This document shows, piece after piece, positions 1 to 10,600 of a stretch of DNA of 64,000 nt. The notes under the pieces are model-generated. The model saw nothing but the letters and a program-made list of their open reading frames with translations, was not told the origin of the DNA and ran no database searches. A program made the translations under genes and the position numbers. The DNA is from Laetmonice hystrix (lineage: Eukaryota). Position 1 is the first letter of the stretch. Each line of letters begins with the position of its first letter. The DNA is taken from assembly GCA_965235115.1 (NCBI GenBank), contig OZ249436.1, positions 434,001 to 498,000 on the forward strand, given 5' to 3'.

Positions 1-164
1 CACCCCAAAATTATTATTCTTTGGCCAGATGTATAACTGTCAAACGTATAGGTCTCGTACGTTCGCTACAGATATATGGTTGTGATGTGTATACTTCTCA
101 TTTGAGTATCTTCTCCAGATTTTAACATTAGATGCTCCTGGCCTGGAACCTTTCATTGCCGCTA

Positions 165-420
165 CCTCACTGTAGTGTCTGTATGGCTACTATAGGCCAG
201 CCGGTAAGATTTAGGGACTTCTCACTCTACTGGTTGGCCTCCCAGACAACTTGCCCCACAGTGTACTGTTTGGCCTCACTGTACACTTTGGCCTCACTGT
301 AGTGTTCGCTTGGATGCTAGGCCAGCCAGTAATATCTTGTAGGGATTCCTGCCTGTACTGTTTGGCCTCCCTGTACCGTTTGCTTGTATGCAAGAGTTGC
401 CAGTAGTATAGGGACGCCTC
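165..420. repeat. Diverged internal subrepeats: copy A ~165-243, copy B ~292-371, partial copy C ~382-420; present in each monomer
   Basis: A: CCTCACTGTAGTGT...TAGGCCAGCCGGTAA...TAGGGACTTCT...TACTGGTTGGCCTCCC. B: CCTCACTGTAGTGT...TAGGCCAGCCAGTAA...TAGGGATTCCT...TACTGTTTGGCCTCCC. C: GCTTGTATGC...GCCAGTAGTA-TAGGGAC. Confidence 0.9.
269..301. repeat. 18-bp-period tandem duplication TTTGGCCTCACTGTA(CAC) x2
   Basis: TTTGGCCTCACTGTA starts at 269 and 287; nine monomers carry only one copy. Confidence 0.95.
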
Positions 421-505
421 ATGTTTCATGTTTCCATGCCTTTATTGTCCAGGAGGCAGGCCATACGTTTCGTCTATCATCTACTTCCATCTAATCTGTG
501 TCCCC

Positions 506-539
506 TACAGACCATCTGTAAGCGTCCGACAACGTTGTC
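506..539. other. Paired palindromes: TACAGA-CCA-TCTGTA and the perfect 12-bp GACAACGTTGTC
   Basis: Read directly at 506-520 and 528-539; present in nearly all monomers. Confidence 0.9.
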
Positions 540-636
540 AGGTCTTCCCAATGATTGTTTGCCGTAAAGGTTTAGTTAACAATGGCAAATGACGTTGTAC
601 GCCTTTTCTATATCAGATATCCTATCCCCAAGTAAC

Positions 637-660
637 AAAGAAAGAAAGAAAGAAAGAAAG
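637..660. repeat. (AAAG)n microsatellite, one per monomer, n = 3-9
   Basis: n=6 at 637-660; n=3 at ~2382-2393; n=9 at 18887-18922. Interrupted alleles AAAGAAGGAAAG (e.g. 12821) and AAAGAGAGAAAG (e.g. ~33726) also occur. Confidence 0.97.
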
Positions 661-695
661 AATACACAGAGATGTTGCACGCAGAAAACACCAGG

Positions 696-827
696 GTGCA
701 GCGCAGCTCCACTGAAGCGCGACGGCGGCGCTGACTGCACTGCCGCCTTCCGTCCGGCGGTGGAATCACCACGTACACCTGCCGGGCTGGCAGGCACCTG
801 TGGCTCTTAGGCGAGAGACAGGTTAAA
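696..827. other. GC-rich cluster of inverted repeats ending in a stem-loop plus TAAA
   Basis: GTGCAG 696-701/CTGCAC 735-740 enclosing AGCGC 716-720/GCGCT 728-732; CCGCC 743-747/GGCGG 756-760; CCTGCC 778-783/GGCAGG 789-794; ACCTGT-gg-CTCT 796-807/AGAG-ACAGGT 814-823; TAAA 824-827. Confidence 0.85.
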
Positions 828-1689
828 GCAATGATAAGCGAAAAATGGGGTAGTCAAATTGAAACTACGCACCCGAAAATTATTATTTTTAGGCCAGATG
901 TATAACTGTCAAGCGTATAGGTCTTGTACGTTCGCTACAGATATATGGTTGTGATGTGTACACTTCCCATTTGAGTATCTTCTCCAGATTTTAACATTAG
1001 ATGCTCCTCGCCTGGAACCTTTCATTGCCGCTACCTCACTGTAGTGTCTGTATGGCTACTATAGGCCAGCCGGTAAGATTTAGGGACTTCTCACTCTACT
1101 GGTTGGCCTCCCAGACAACTTGCCCCACAGTGTACTGTTTGGCCTCACTGTACACTTTGGCCTCACTGTAGTGTTCGCTTGGATGCTAGGCCAGCCAGTA
1201 ATACCTTGTAAGGATTCCTGCCTGTACTGTTTGGCCTCCCTGTACCGTTTGCTTGTATGCAAGAATTGCCAGTAGTATAGGGACGCCTCATGTTTCATGT
1301 TTCCATGCCTTTATTGTCCAGGAGGCAGGCCATACGTTTCGTCTATCATCTACTTCCATCTAATCTGTGTCCCCTACAGACCATCTGTAAGCGTCCGACA
1401 ACGTTGTCAGGTCGTCCCAATGATTGTTTGCCGTAAAGGTTTAGTTAACAATGGCAAATGACGTTGTACGCCTTTTCTATATCAGATATCCTATCCCCAA
1501 GTAACAAAGAAAGAAAGAAAGAAAGAATACACAGAGATGTTGCAGGCAGAAAACACCAGGGTGCAGCGCAGTTCCACTGAAGCGCGACGGCGGCGCTGCC
1601 TGCACTGCCGCCTTTCGGCCAGCGGTGGAATCACCACGTACACCTGCCGGGCTGGCAGGCACCTGTGGCTCTTAGGCGATAGACAGGTT
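825..1689. mobile_element. Putative non-autonomous Helentron-like (HINE/DINE-1-type) element forming the monomer; one unit shown, boundaries tentative
   Basis: The order subrepeat block, tetranucleotide microsatellite, GAAAACA, stem-loop, TAAA matches the general layout of HINE-type elements as I recall it. There is no coding capacity. A matching subterminal inverted repeat at the other end was not identified. Confidence 0.45.
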
Positions 1690-4600
1690 AAAGCAATGAT
1701 AAGCGCAAAATGGCTACATTTTTGGTACGTCAATTTGAAACTAGGCACCCCAAAATTATTATTCTTTGGCCAGATGTATAACTGTCAAACGTATAGGTCT
1801 CGTACGTTCGCTACAGATATATGGTTGTGATGTGTATACTTCTCATTTGAGTATCTTCTCCAGATTTTAACATTAGATGCTCCTGGCCTGGAACCTTTCA
1901 TTGCCGCTACCTCACTGTAGTGTCTGTATGGCTACTATAGGCCAGCCGGTAAGATTTAGGGACTTCTCACTCTACTGGTTGGCCTCCCAGACAACTTGCC
2001 CCACAGTGTACTGTTTGGCCTCACTGTACACTTTGGCCTCACTGTAGTGTTCGCTTGGATGCTAGGCCAGCCAGTAATATCTTGTAGGGATTCCTGCCTG
2101 TACTGTTTGGCCTCCCTGTACCGTTTGCTTGTATGCAAGAGTTGCCAGTAGTATAGGGACGCCTCATGTTTCATGTTTCCATGCCTTTATTGTCCAGGAG
2201 GCAGGCCATACGTTTCGTCTATCATCTACTTCCATCTAATCTGTGTCCCCTACAGACCATCTGTAAGCGTCCGACAACGTTGTCAGGTCGTCCCAATGAC
2301 TGTTTGCCGTAAGAGTTTAGTTAACAAGTGCAAATGACGTTGTACGCCTTTTCTATATCAGATATCCCATCCCCAAGTAACAAAGAAAGAAAGAATACAC
2401 AGAGATGTTGCAGGCAGAAAACACCAGGGTGCAGCGCAGTTCCACTGAAGCGCGACGGCGGCGCTGAATGCACTGCCGCCTTCCGGCCAGAGGTGGAATC
2501 ACCACGTACACCTGCCGGGCTGGCAGGCACCTGTGGCTCTTAGGCAGGAGACAGGTTAAAGCAATGATAAGCGAAAAATGGCTACATTTTTGGTACGTCA
2601 GATTGAAACTACGCACCCCAAAATTATTATTCTTTGGCCAGATGTTTAACTGTCAAACGTATAGGTCTCGTACGTTCGCTACTGATATATGGTTGTGATG
2701 TGTACACTTCTCATTTGAGTATCTTCTCCAGATTTTAACATTAGATGCTCCTCGCCTGGAACCTTTCATTGCCGCTACCTCACTGTAGTGTCTGCATGGC
2801 TACTATACGCCAGCCGGTAAGATTTAGGGACTTCTCACTCTACTGGTTGTCCTCCCACACAACTTGCCCCACAGTGTACTATTTGGCCTCACTGTACACT
2901 TTGGCCTCACAGTAGTGTTCGCTTGGATGCTAGGCCAGCCAGTAATACCTTGTAGGGATTCCTGCTTGTACTGTTTGGCCTCCCTGTACCGTTTGCTTGT
3001 ATACAAGAGTTGCCAGTAGTATAGGGACGCCTCATGTTTCCTGTTTCCATGCCTTTATTGTCCAGGAGGCAGGCCATACGTTTCGTCTATCATCTACTTC
3101 CATCTAATCTGTCTCCCCTACAGACCATCTGTAAGCGTCCGACAACGTTGTCAGGTCGTCCCAATGATTGTTTGCCGTAAAGGTTTAGTTAACAATGGCA
3201 AATGGCGTTGTACGCCTTTTCTATATCAGATATCCCATCCCCAAGTAACAAAGAAAGAAAGAAAGAAAGAATACACAGAGATGTTGCACGCAGAAAACAC
3301 CAGGGTGCAGCGCAGCTCCACTGAAGCGCGACGGCGGCGCTGACTGCACTGCCGCCTTCCGTCCGGCGGTGGAATCACCACGTACACCTGCCGGGCTGGC
3401 AGGCACCTGTGGCTCTTAGGCGAGAGACAGGTTAAAGCAATGATAAGCGAAAAATGGGGTAGTCAAATTGAAACTACGCACCCGAAAATTATTATTCTTA
3501 GGCCAGATGTATAACTGTCAAGCGTATAGGTCTTGTACGTTCGCTACAGATATATGGTTGTGATGTGTACACTTCCCATTTGAGTATCTTCTCCAGATTT
3601 TAACATTAGATGTTCCTCGCCTGGAACCTTTCATTGCCGCTACCTTACTGTAGTGTCTGTATGGCTACTATAGGCCAGCCGGTAAGATTTAGGGACTTCT
3701 CACTCTACTGGTTGGCCTCCCAGACAACTTGCCCCACAGTGTACTGTTTGGCCTCACTGTACACTTTGGCCTCACTGTAGTGTTCGCTTGGATGCTAGGC
3801 CAGCCAGTAATACCTTGTAGGGATTCCTGCCTGTACTGTTTGGCCTCCCTGTACCGTTTGCTTGTATGCAAGAGTTGCCAGTAGTATAGGGACGCCTCAT
3901 GTTTCATGTTTCCATGCCTTTATTGTCCAGGAGGCAGGCCATACGTTTCGTCTATCATCTACTTCCATCTAATCTGTGTCCCCTACAGACCATCTGTAAG
4001 CGTCCGACAACGTTGTCAGGTCGTCCCAATGATTGTTTGCCGTAAAGGTTTAGTTAACAATGGCAAATGACGTTGTACGCCTTTTCTATATCAGATATCT
4101 CATCCCCAAGTACCAAAGAAAGAAAGAAAGAAAGAAAGAAAGAATACACAGAGATGTTGCACGCAGAAAACACCAGGGTGCAGCGCAGCTCCACTGAAGC
4201 GTGACGGCGGCGCTGACTGCACTGCCGCCTTCCGTCCGGCGGTGGAATCACCACGTACACCTGCCGGGCTGGCAGGCACCTGTGGCTCTTAGGCGAGAGA
4301 CAGGTTAAAGCAATGATAAGCGAAAAATGGGGTAGTCAAATTAAAACTACGCACCCGAAAATTATTATTCTTAGGCCAGATGTATAACTGTCAAGCGTAT
4401 AGGTCTCGTACGTTCGCTACAGATATATGGTTGTGATGTGTACACTTCCCATTTGAGTATCTTCTCCAGATTTTAACATTAGATGCTCCTCGCCTGGAAC
4501 CTTTCATTGCCGCTACCTCACTGTAGTGTCTGTATGGCTACTATAGGCCAGCCGGTAAGATTTAGGGACTTCTCACTCTACTGGTTGGCCTCCCAGACAA

Positions 4601-7600
4601 CTTGCCCCACAGTGTACTGTTTGGCCTCACTGTACACTTTGGCCTCACTGTAGTGTTCGCTTGGATGCTAGGCCAGCCAGTAATACCTTGTAAGGATTCC
4701 TGCCTGTACTGTTTGGCCTCCCTGTACCGTTTGCTTGTATGCAAGAGTTGCCAGTAGTATAGGGACGCCTCATGTTTCATGTTTCCATGCCTTTATTGTC
4801 CAGGAGGCAGGCCATACGTTTCGTCTATCATCTACTTCCATCTAATCTGTGTCCCCTACAGACCATCTGTAAGCGTCCGACAACGTTGTCAGGTCGTCCC
4901 AATGATTGTTTGCCGTAAAGGTTTAGTTAACAATGGCAAATGACGTTGTACGCCTTTTCTATATCAGATATCCTATCCCCAAGTAACAAAGAAAGAAAGA
5001 AAGAAAGAATACACAGAGATGTTGCAGGCAGAAAACACCAGGGTGCAGCGCAGTTCCACTGAAGCGCGACGGCGGCGCTGCCTGCACTGCCGCCTTTCGG
5101 CCAGCGGTGGAATCACCACGTACACCTGCCGGGCTGGCAGGCACCTGTGGCTCTTAGGCGATAGACAGGTTAAAGCAATGATAAGCGCAAAATGGCTACA
5201 TTTTTGGTACGTCAATTTGAAACTAGGCACCCCAAAATTATTATTCTTTGGCCAGATGTATAACTGTCAAACGTATAGGTCTCGTACGTTCGCTACAGAT
5301 ATATGGTTGTGATGTGTATACTTCTCATTTGAGTATCTTCTCCAGATTTTAACATTAGATGCTCCTGGCCTGGAACCTTTCATTGCCGCTACCTCACTGT
5401 AGTGTCTGCATGGCTACTATAGGCCAGCCGGTAAGATTTAGGGACTTCTCACTCTACTGGTTGGCCTCCCAGACAACTTGCCCCACAGTGTACTGTTTGG
5501 CCTCACTGTACACTTTGGCCTCACTGTAGTGTTCGCTTGGATGCAGGGCCAGCCAGTAATATCTTGTAGGGATTCCTGCCTGTACTGTTTGGCCTCCCTG
5601 TACCGTTTGCTTGTATGCAAGAGTTGCCAGTAGTATAGGGACGCCTCATGTTTCATGTTTCCATGCCTTTATTGTCCAGGAGGCAGGCCATACGTTTCGT
5701 CTATCATCTACTTCCATCTAATCTGTGTCCCCTACAGACCATCTGTAAGCGTCCGACAACGTTGTCAGGTCTTCCCAATGATTGTTTGCCGTAAAGGTTT
5801 AGTTAACAATGGCAAATGACGTTGTACGCCTTTTCTATATCAGATATCCTATCCCCAAGTAACAAAGAAAGAAAGAAAGAAAGAAAGAATACACAGAGAT
5901 GTTGCACGCAGAAAACACCAGGGTGCAGCGCAGCTCCACTGAAGCGCGACGGCGGCGCTGACTGCACTGCCGCCTTCCGTCCGGCGGTGGAATCACCACG
6001 TACACCTGCCAGGCTGGCAGGCACCTGTGGCTCTTAGGCGAGAGACAGGTTAAAGCAATGATAAGCGAAAAATGGGGTAGTCAAATTGAAAGTACGCACC
6101 CGAAAATTATTATTCTTAGGCCAGATGTATAACTGTCAAGCGTATAGGTCTCGTACGTTCGCTACAGATATATGGTTGTGATGTGTACACTTCCCATTTG
6201 AGTATCTTCTCCAGATTTTAACATTAGATGCTCCTCGCCTGGAACCTTTCATTGCCGCTACCTCACTGTAGTGTCTGTATGGCTACTATAGGCCAGCCGG
6301 TAAGATTTAGGGACTTCTCACTCTACTGGTTGGCCTCCCAGACAACTTGCCCCACAGTGTACTGTTTGGCCTCACTGTACACTTTGGCCTCACTGTAGTG
6401 TTCGCTTGGATGCTAGGCCAGCCAGTAATACCTTGTAGGGATTCCTGCCTGTACTGTTTGGCCTCCCTGTACCGTTTGCTTGTATGCAAGAGTTGCCAGT
6501 AGTATAGGGACGCCTCATGTTTCATGTTTCCATGCCTTTATTGTCCAGGAGGCAGGCCATACGTTTCGTCTATCATCTACTTCCATCTAATCTGTGTCCC
6601 CTACAGACCATCTGTAAGCGTCCGACAACGTTGTCAGGTCGTCCCAATGATTGTTTGCCGTAAAGGTTTAGTTAACAATGGCAAATGACGTTGTACGCCT
6701 TTTCTATATCAGATATCTCATCCCCAAGTACCAAAGAAAGAAAGAAAGAAAGAAAGAATACACAGAGATGTTGCACGCAGAAAACACCAGGGTGCAGCGC
6801 AGCTCCACTGAAGCGCGACGGCGGCGCTGACTGCACTGCCGCCTTCCGTCCGGCGGTGGAATCACCACGTACACCTGCCGGGCTGGCAGGCACCTGTGGC
6901 TCTTAGGCGAGAGACAGGTTAAAGCAATGATAAGCGAAAAATGGCTACATTTTTGGTACGTCAATTTGAAACTAGGCATCCCAAAATTATTATTCTTTGG
7001 CCAGATGTATAACTGTCAAACGTATAGGTCTCGTACGTTCGCTACAGATATATGGTTGTGATGTGTATACTTCTCATTTGAGTATCTTCTCCAGATTTTA
7101 ACATTAGATGCTCCTGGCCTGGAACCTTTCATTGCCGCTACCTCACTGTAGTGTCTGCATGGCTACTATAGGCCAGCCGGTAAGATTTAGGGACTTCTCA
7201 CTCTACTGGTTGGCCTCCCAGACAACTTGCCCCACAGTGTACTGTTTGGCCTCACTGTACACTTTGGCCTCACTGTAGTGTTCGCTTGGATGCTAGGCCA
7301 GCCAGTAATATCTTGTAGGGATTCCTGCCTGTACTGTTTGGCCTCCCTGTACCGTTTGCTTGTATGCAAGAGTTGCCAGTAGTATAGGGACGCCTCATGT
7401 TTCATGTTTCCATGCCTTTATTGTCCAGGAGGCAGGCCATACGTTTCGTCTATCATCTACTTCCATCTAATCTGTGTCCCCTACAGACCATCTGTAAGCG
7501 TCCGACAACGTTGTCAGGTCTTCCCAATGATTGTTTGCCGTAAAGGTTTAGTTAACAATGGCAAATGACGTTGTACGCCTTTTCTATATCAGATATCCTA

Positions 7601-10600
7601 TCCCCAAGTAACAAAGAAAGAAAGAAAGAAAGAAAGAAAGAATACACAGAGATGTTGCACGCAGAAAACACCAGGGTGCAGCGCAGCTCCACTGAAGCGC
7701 GACGGCGGCGCTGACTGCACTGCCGCCTTCCGTCCGGCGGTGGAATCACCACGTACACCTGCCGGGCTGGCAGGCACCTGTGGCTCTTAGGCGAGAGACA
7801 GGTTAAAGCAATGATAAGCGAAAAATGGGGTAGTCAAATTGAAAGTACGCACCCGAAAATTATTATTCTTAGGCCAGATGTATAACTGTCAAGCGTATAG
7901 GTCTCGTACGTTCGCTACAGATATATGGTTGTGATGTGTACACTTCCCATTTGAGTATCTTCTCCAGATTTTAACATTAGATGCTCCTCGCCTGGAACCT
8001 TTCATTGCCGCTACCTCACTGTAGTGTCTGTATGGCTACTATAGGCCAGCCGGTAAGATTTAGGGACTTCTCACTCTACTGGTTGGCCTCCCAGACAACT
8101 TGCCCCACAGTGTACTGTTTGGCCTCACTGTACACTTTGGCCTCACTGTAGTGTTCGCTTGGATGCTAGGCCAGCCAGTAATACCTTGTAGGGATTCCTG
8201 CCTGTACTGTTTGGCCTCCCTGTACCGTTTGCTTGTATGCAAGAGTTGCCAGTAGTATAGGGACGCCTCATGTTTCATGTTTCCATGCCTTTATTGTCCA
8301 GGAGGCAGGCCATACGTTTCGTCTATCATCTACTTCCATCTAATCTGTGTCCCCTACAGACCATCTGTAAGCGTCCGACAACGTTGTCAGGTCGTCCCAA
8401 TGATTGTTTGCCGTAAAGGTTTAGTTAACAATGGCAAATGACGTTGTACGCCTTTTCTATATCAGATATCTCATCCCCAAGTACCAAAGAAAGAAAGAAA
8501 GAAAGAAAGAATACACAGAGATGTTGCACGCAGAAAACACCAGGGTGCAGCGCAGCTCCACTGAAGCGCGACGGCGGCGCTGACTGCACTGCCGCCTTCC
8601 GTCCGGCGGTGGAATCACCACGTACACCTGCCGGGCTGGCAGGCACCTGTGGCTCTTAGGCGAGAGACAGGTTAAAGCAATGATAAGCGAAAAATGGCTA
8701 CATTTTTGGTACGTCAATTTGAAACTAGGCATCCCAAAATTATTATTCTTTGGCCAGATGTATAACTGTCAAACGTATAGGTCTCGTACGTTCGCTACAG
8801 ATATATGGTTGTGATGTGTATACTTCTCATTTGAGTATCTTCTCCAGATTTTAACATTAGATGCTCCTGGCCTGGAACCTTTCATTGCCGCTACCTCACT
8901 GTAGTGTCTGCATGGCTACTATAGGCCAGCCGGTAAGATTTAGGGACTTCTCACTCTACTGGTTGGCCTCCCAGACAACTTGCCCCACAGTGTACTGTTT
9001 GGCCTCACTGTACACTTTGGCCTCACTGTAGTGTTCGCTTGGATGCTAGGCCAGCCAGTAATATCTTGTAGGGATTCCTGCCTGTACTGTTTGGCCTCCC
9101 TGTACCGTTTGCTTGTATGCAAGAGTTGCCAGTAGTATAGGGACGCCTCATGTTTCATGTTTCCATGCCTTTATTGTCCAGGAGGCAGGCCATACGTTTC
9201 GTCTATCATCTACTTCCATCTAATCTGTGTCCCCTACAGACCATCTGTAAGCGTCCGACAACGTTGTCAGGTCTTCCCAATGATTGTTTGCCGTAAAGGT
9301 TTAGTTAACAATGGCAAATGACGTTGTACGCCTTTTCTATATCAGATATCCTATCCCCAAGTAACAAAGAAAGAAAGAAAGAAAGAATACACAGAGATGT
9401 TGCACGCAGAAAACACCAGGGTGCAGCGCAGCTCCACTGAAGCGCGACGGCGGCGCTGACTGCACTGCCGCCTTCCGTCCGGCGGTGGAATCACCACGTA
9501 CACCTGCCGGGCTGGCAGGCACCTGTGGCTCTTAGGCGAGAGACAGGTTAAAGCAATGATAAGCGAAAAATGGGGTAGTCAAATTGAAAGTACGCACCCG
9601 AAAATTATTATTCTTAGGCCAGATGTATAACTGTCAAGCGTATAGGTCTCGTACGTTCGCTACAGATATATGGTTGTGATGTGTACACTTCCCATTTGAG
9701 TATCTTCTCCAGATTTTAACATTAGATGCTCCTCGCCTGGAACCTTTCATTGCCGCTACCTCACTGTAGTGTCTGTATGGCTACTATAGGCCAGCCGGTA
9801 AGATTTAGGGACTTCTCACTCTACTGGTTGGCCTCCCAGACAACTTGCCCCACAGTGTACTGTTTGGCCTAACTGTACACTTTGGCCTCACTGTAGTGTT
9901 CGCTTGGGTGCTAGGCCAGACAGTATACCTTGTAGGGATTCATGCCTGTACTGTTTGGCCTCCCTGTACCGTTTGCTTGTATACAAGAGTAGCCAGTAGT
10001 ATAGGGACGCCTCATGTTTCCTGTTTCCATGCCTTTATTATCCAGGAGGCAGGCCATACGTTTCGTCTATCATCTACTCCCATCTAATCTGTGTCCCCTA
10101 CAGACCATCTGTAAGCGTCCGACAACGTTGTCAGGTCGTCCCAATGACTGTTTGCCGTAAGAGTTTAGTTAACAAGTGCAAATGACGTTGTACGCCTTTT
10201 CTATATCAGATATCCCATCCCCAAGTAACAAAGAAAGAAAGAATACACAGAGATGTTGCAGGCAGAAAACACCAGGGTGCAGCGCAGTTCCACTGAAGCG
10301 CGACGGCGGCGCTGAATGCACTGCCGCCTTCCGGCCAGAGGTGGAATCACCACGTACACCTGCCGGGCTGGCAGGCACCTGTGGCTCTTAGGCGAGAGAC
10401 AGGTTAAAGCAATGATAAGCGAAAAATGGCTACATTTTTGGTACGTCAGATTGAAACTACGCACCCCAAAATTATTATTCTTTGGCCAGATGTATAACTG
10501 TCAAACGTATAGGTCTCGTACGTTCGCTACTGATATATGGTTGTGATGTGTACACTTCTCATTTGAGTATCTTCTCCAGATTTTAACATTAGATGCTCCT

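Larger units (their letters stand above)
1..869. repeat. Representative monomer (arbitrary phase), 869 bp
   Basis: CACCCCAAAATTATTATT at 1 recurs as CACCCGAAAATTATTATT at 870. Confidence 0.97.

Noticed and set aside
55..75. GTTCG motifs as a tRNA/SINE B-box or CENP-B box (also at 304 and 468)
   Set aside because: There is no GTTCRANNC, A-box or cloverleaf, and the CENP-B pattern TTCGNNNNANNCGGG is not met.
290..345. Patchy similarity to the 3' half of 5S rRNA (CTTGGATG..AG.CC.GCC...AATACC...TGTAGG), plus GGCCATAC at 459-466
   Set aside because: It needs several gaps, the 5' half is missing, the pieces are in the wrong order, there is no poly-T terminator, and sister subrepeat A lacks the match.
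211..429. Recurrent 72-aa minus-strand ORF (MKHEASLYYW...) and the other 60-113 aa ORFs
   Set aside because: They recur only because the monomers are near-identical. No domain is recognisable, frames overlap on both strands, several run through a frameshifting (AAAG)n tract, and the 72-aa frame is broken in many copies (e.g. ~20309, ~33436 and the TGGTGGCC units).
410..490. Hammerhead-like words on the minus strand (UAGAUGA-UAGAC-GAAACG ... CGUC), with AATAAA nearby, as in Penelope-type or satellite ribozymes
   Set aside because: The core reads UAGAUGA rather than CUGANGA, no stem II forms, and stem I does not pair. An Infernal or RNAmotif hammerhead search would settle it.
1000..1020. CTCCTCGC resembling the HDV ribozyme L3 loop
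   Set aside because: No P1/P2/P3 pseudoknot pairing could be built around it, and many monomers read CTCCTGGC.
1703..1726. Minus-strand GTAGCCATTTT(G) resembling the dinoflagellate spliced leader, and plus-strand CATTTTTGG resembling an Sm site
   Set aside because: Only 11-12 nt match and there is no following CAAG|GT. The two motifs are on opposite strands of a low-complexity hairpin and are absent from all short-allele monomers.
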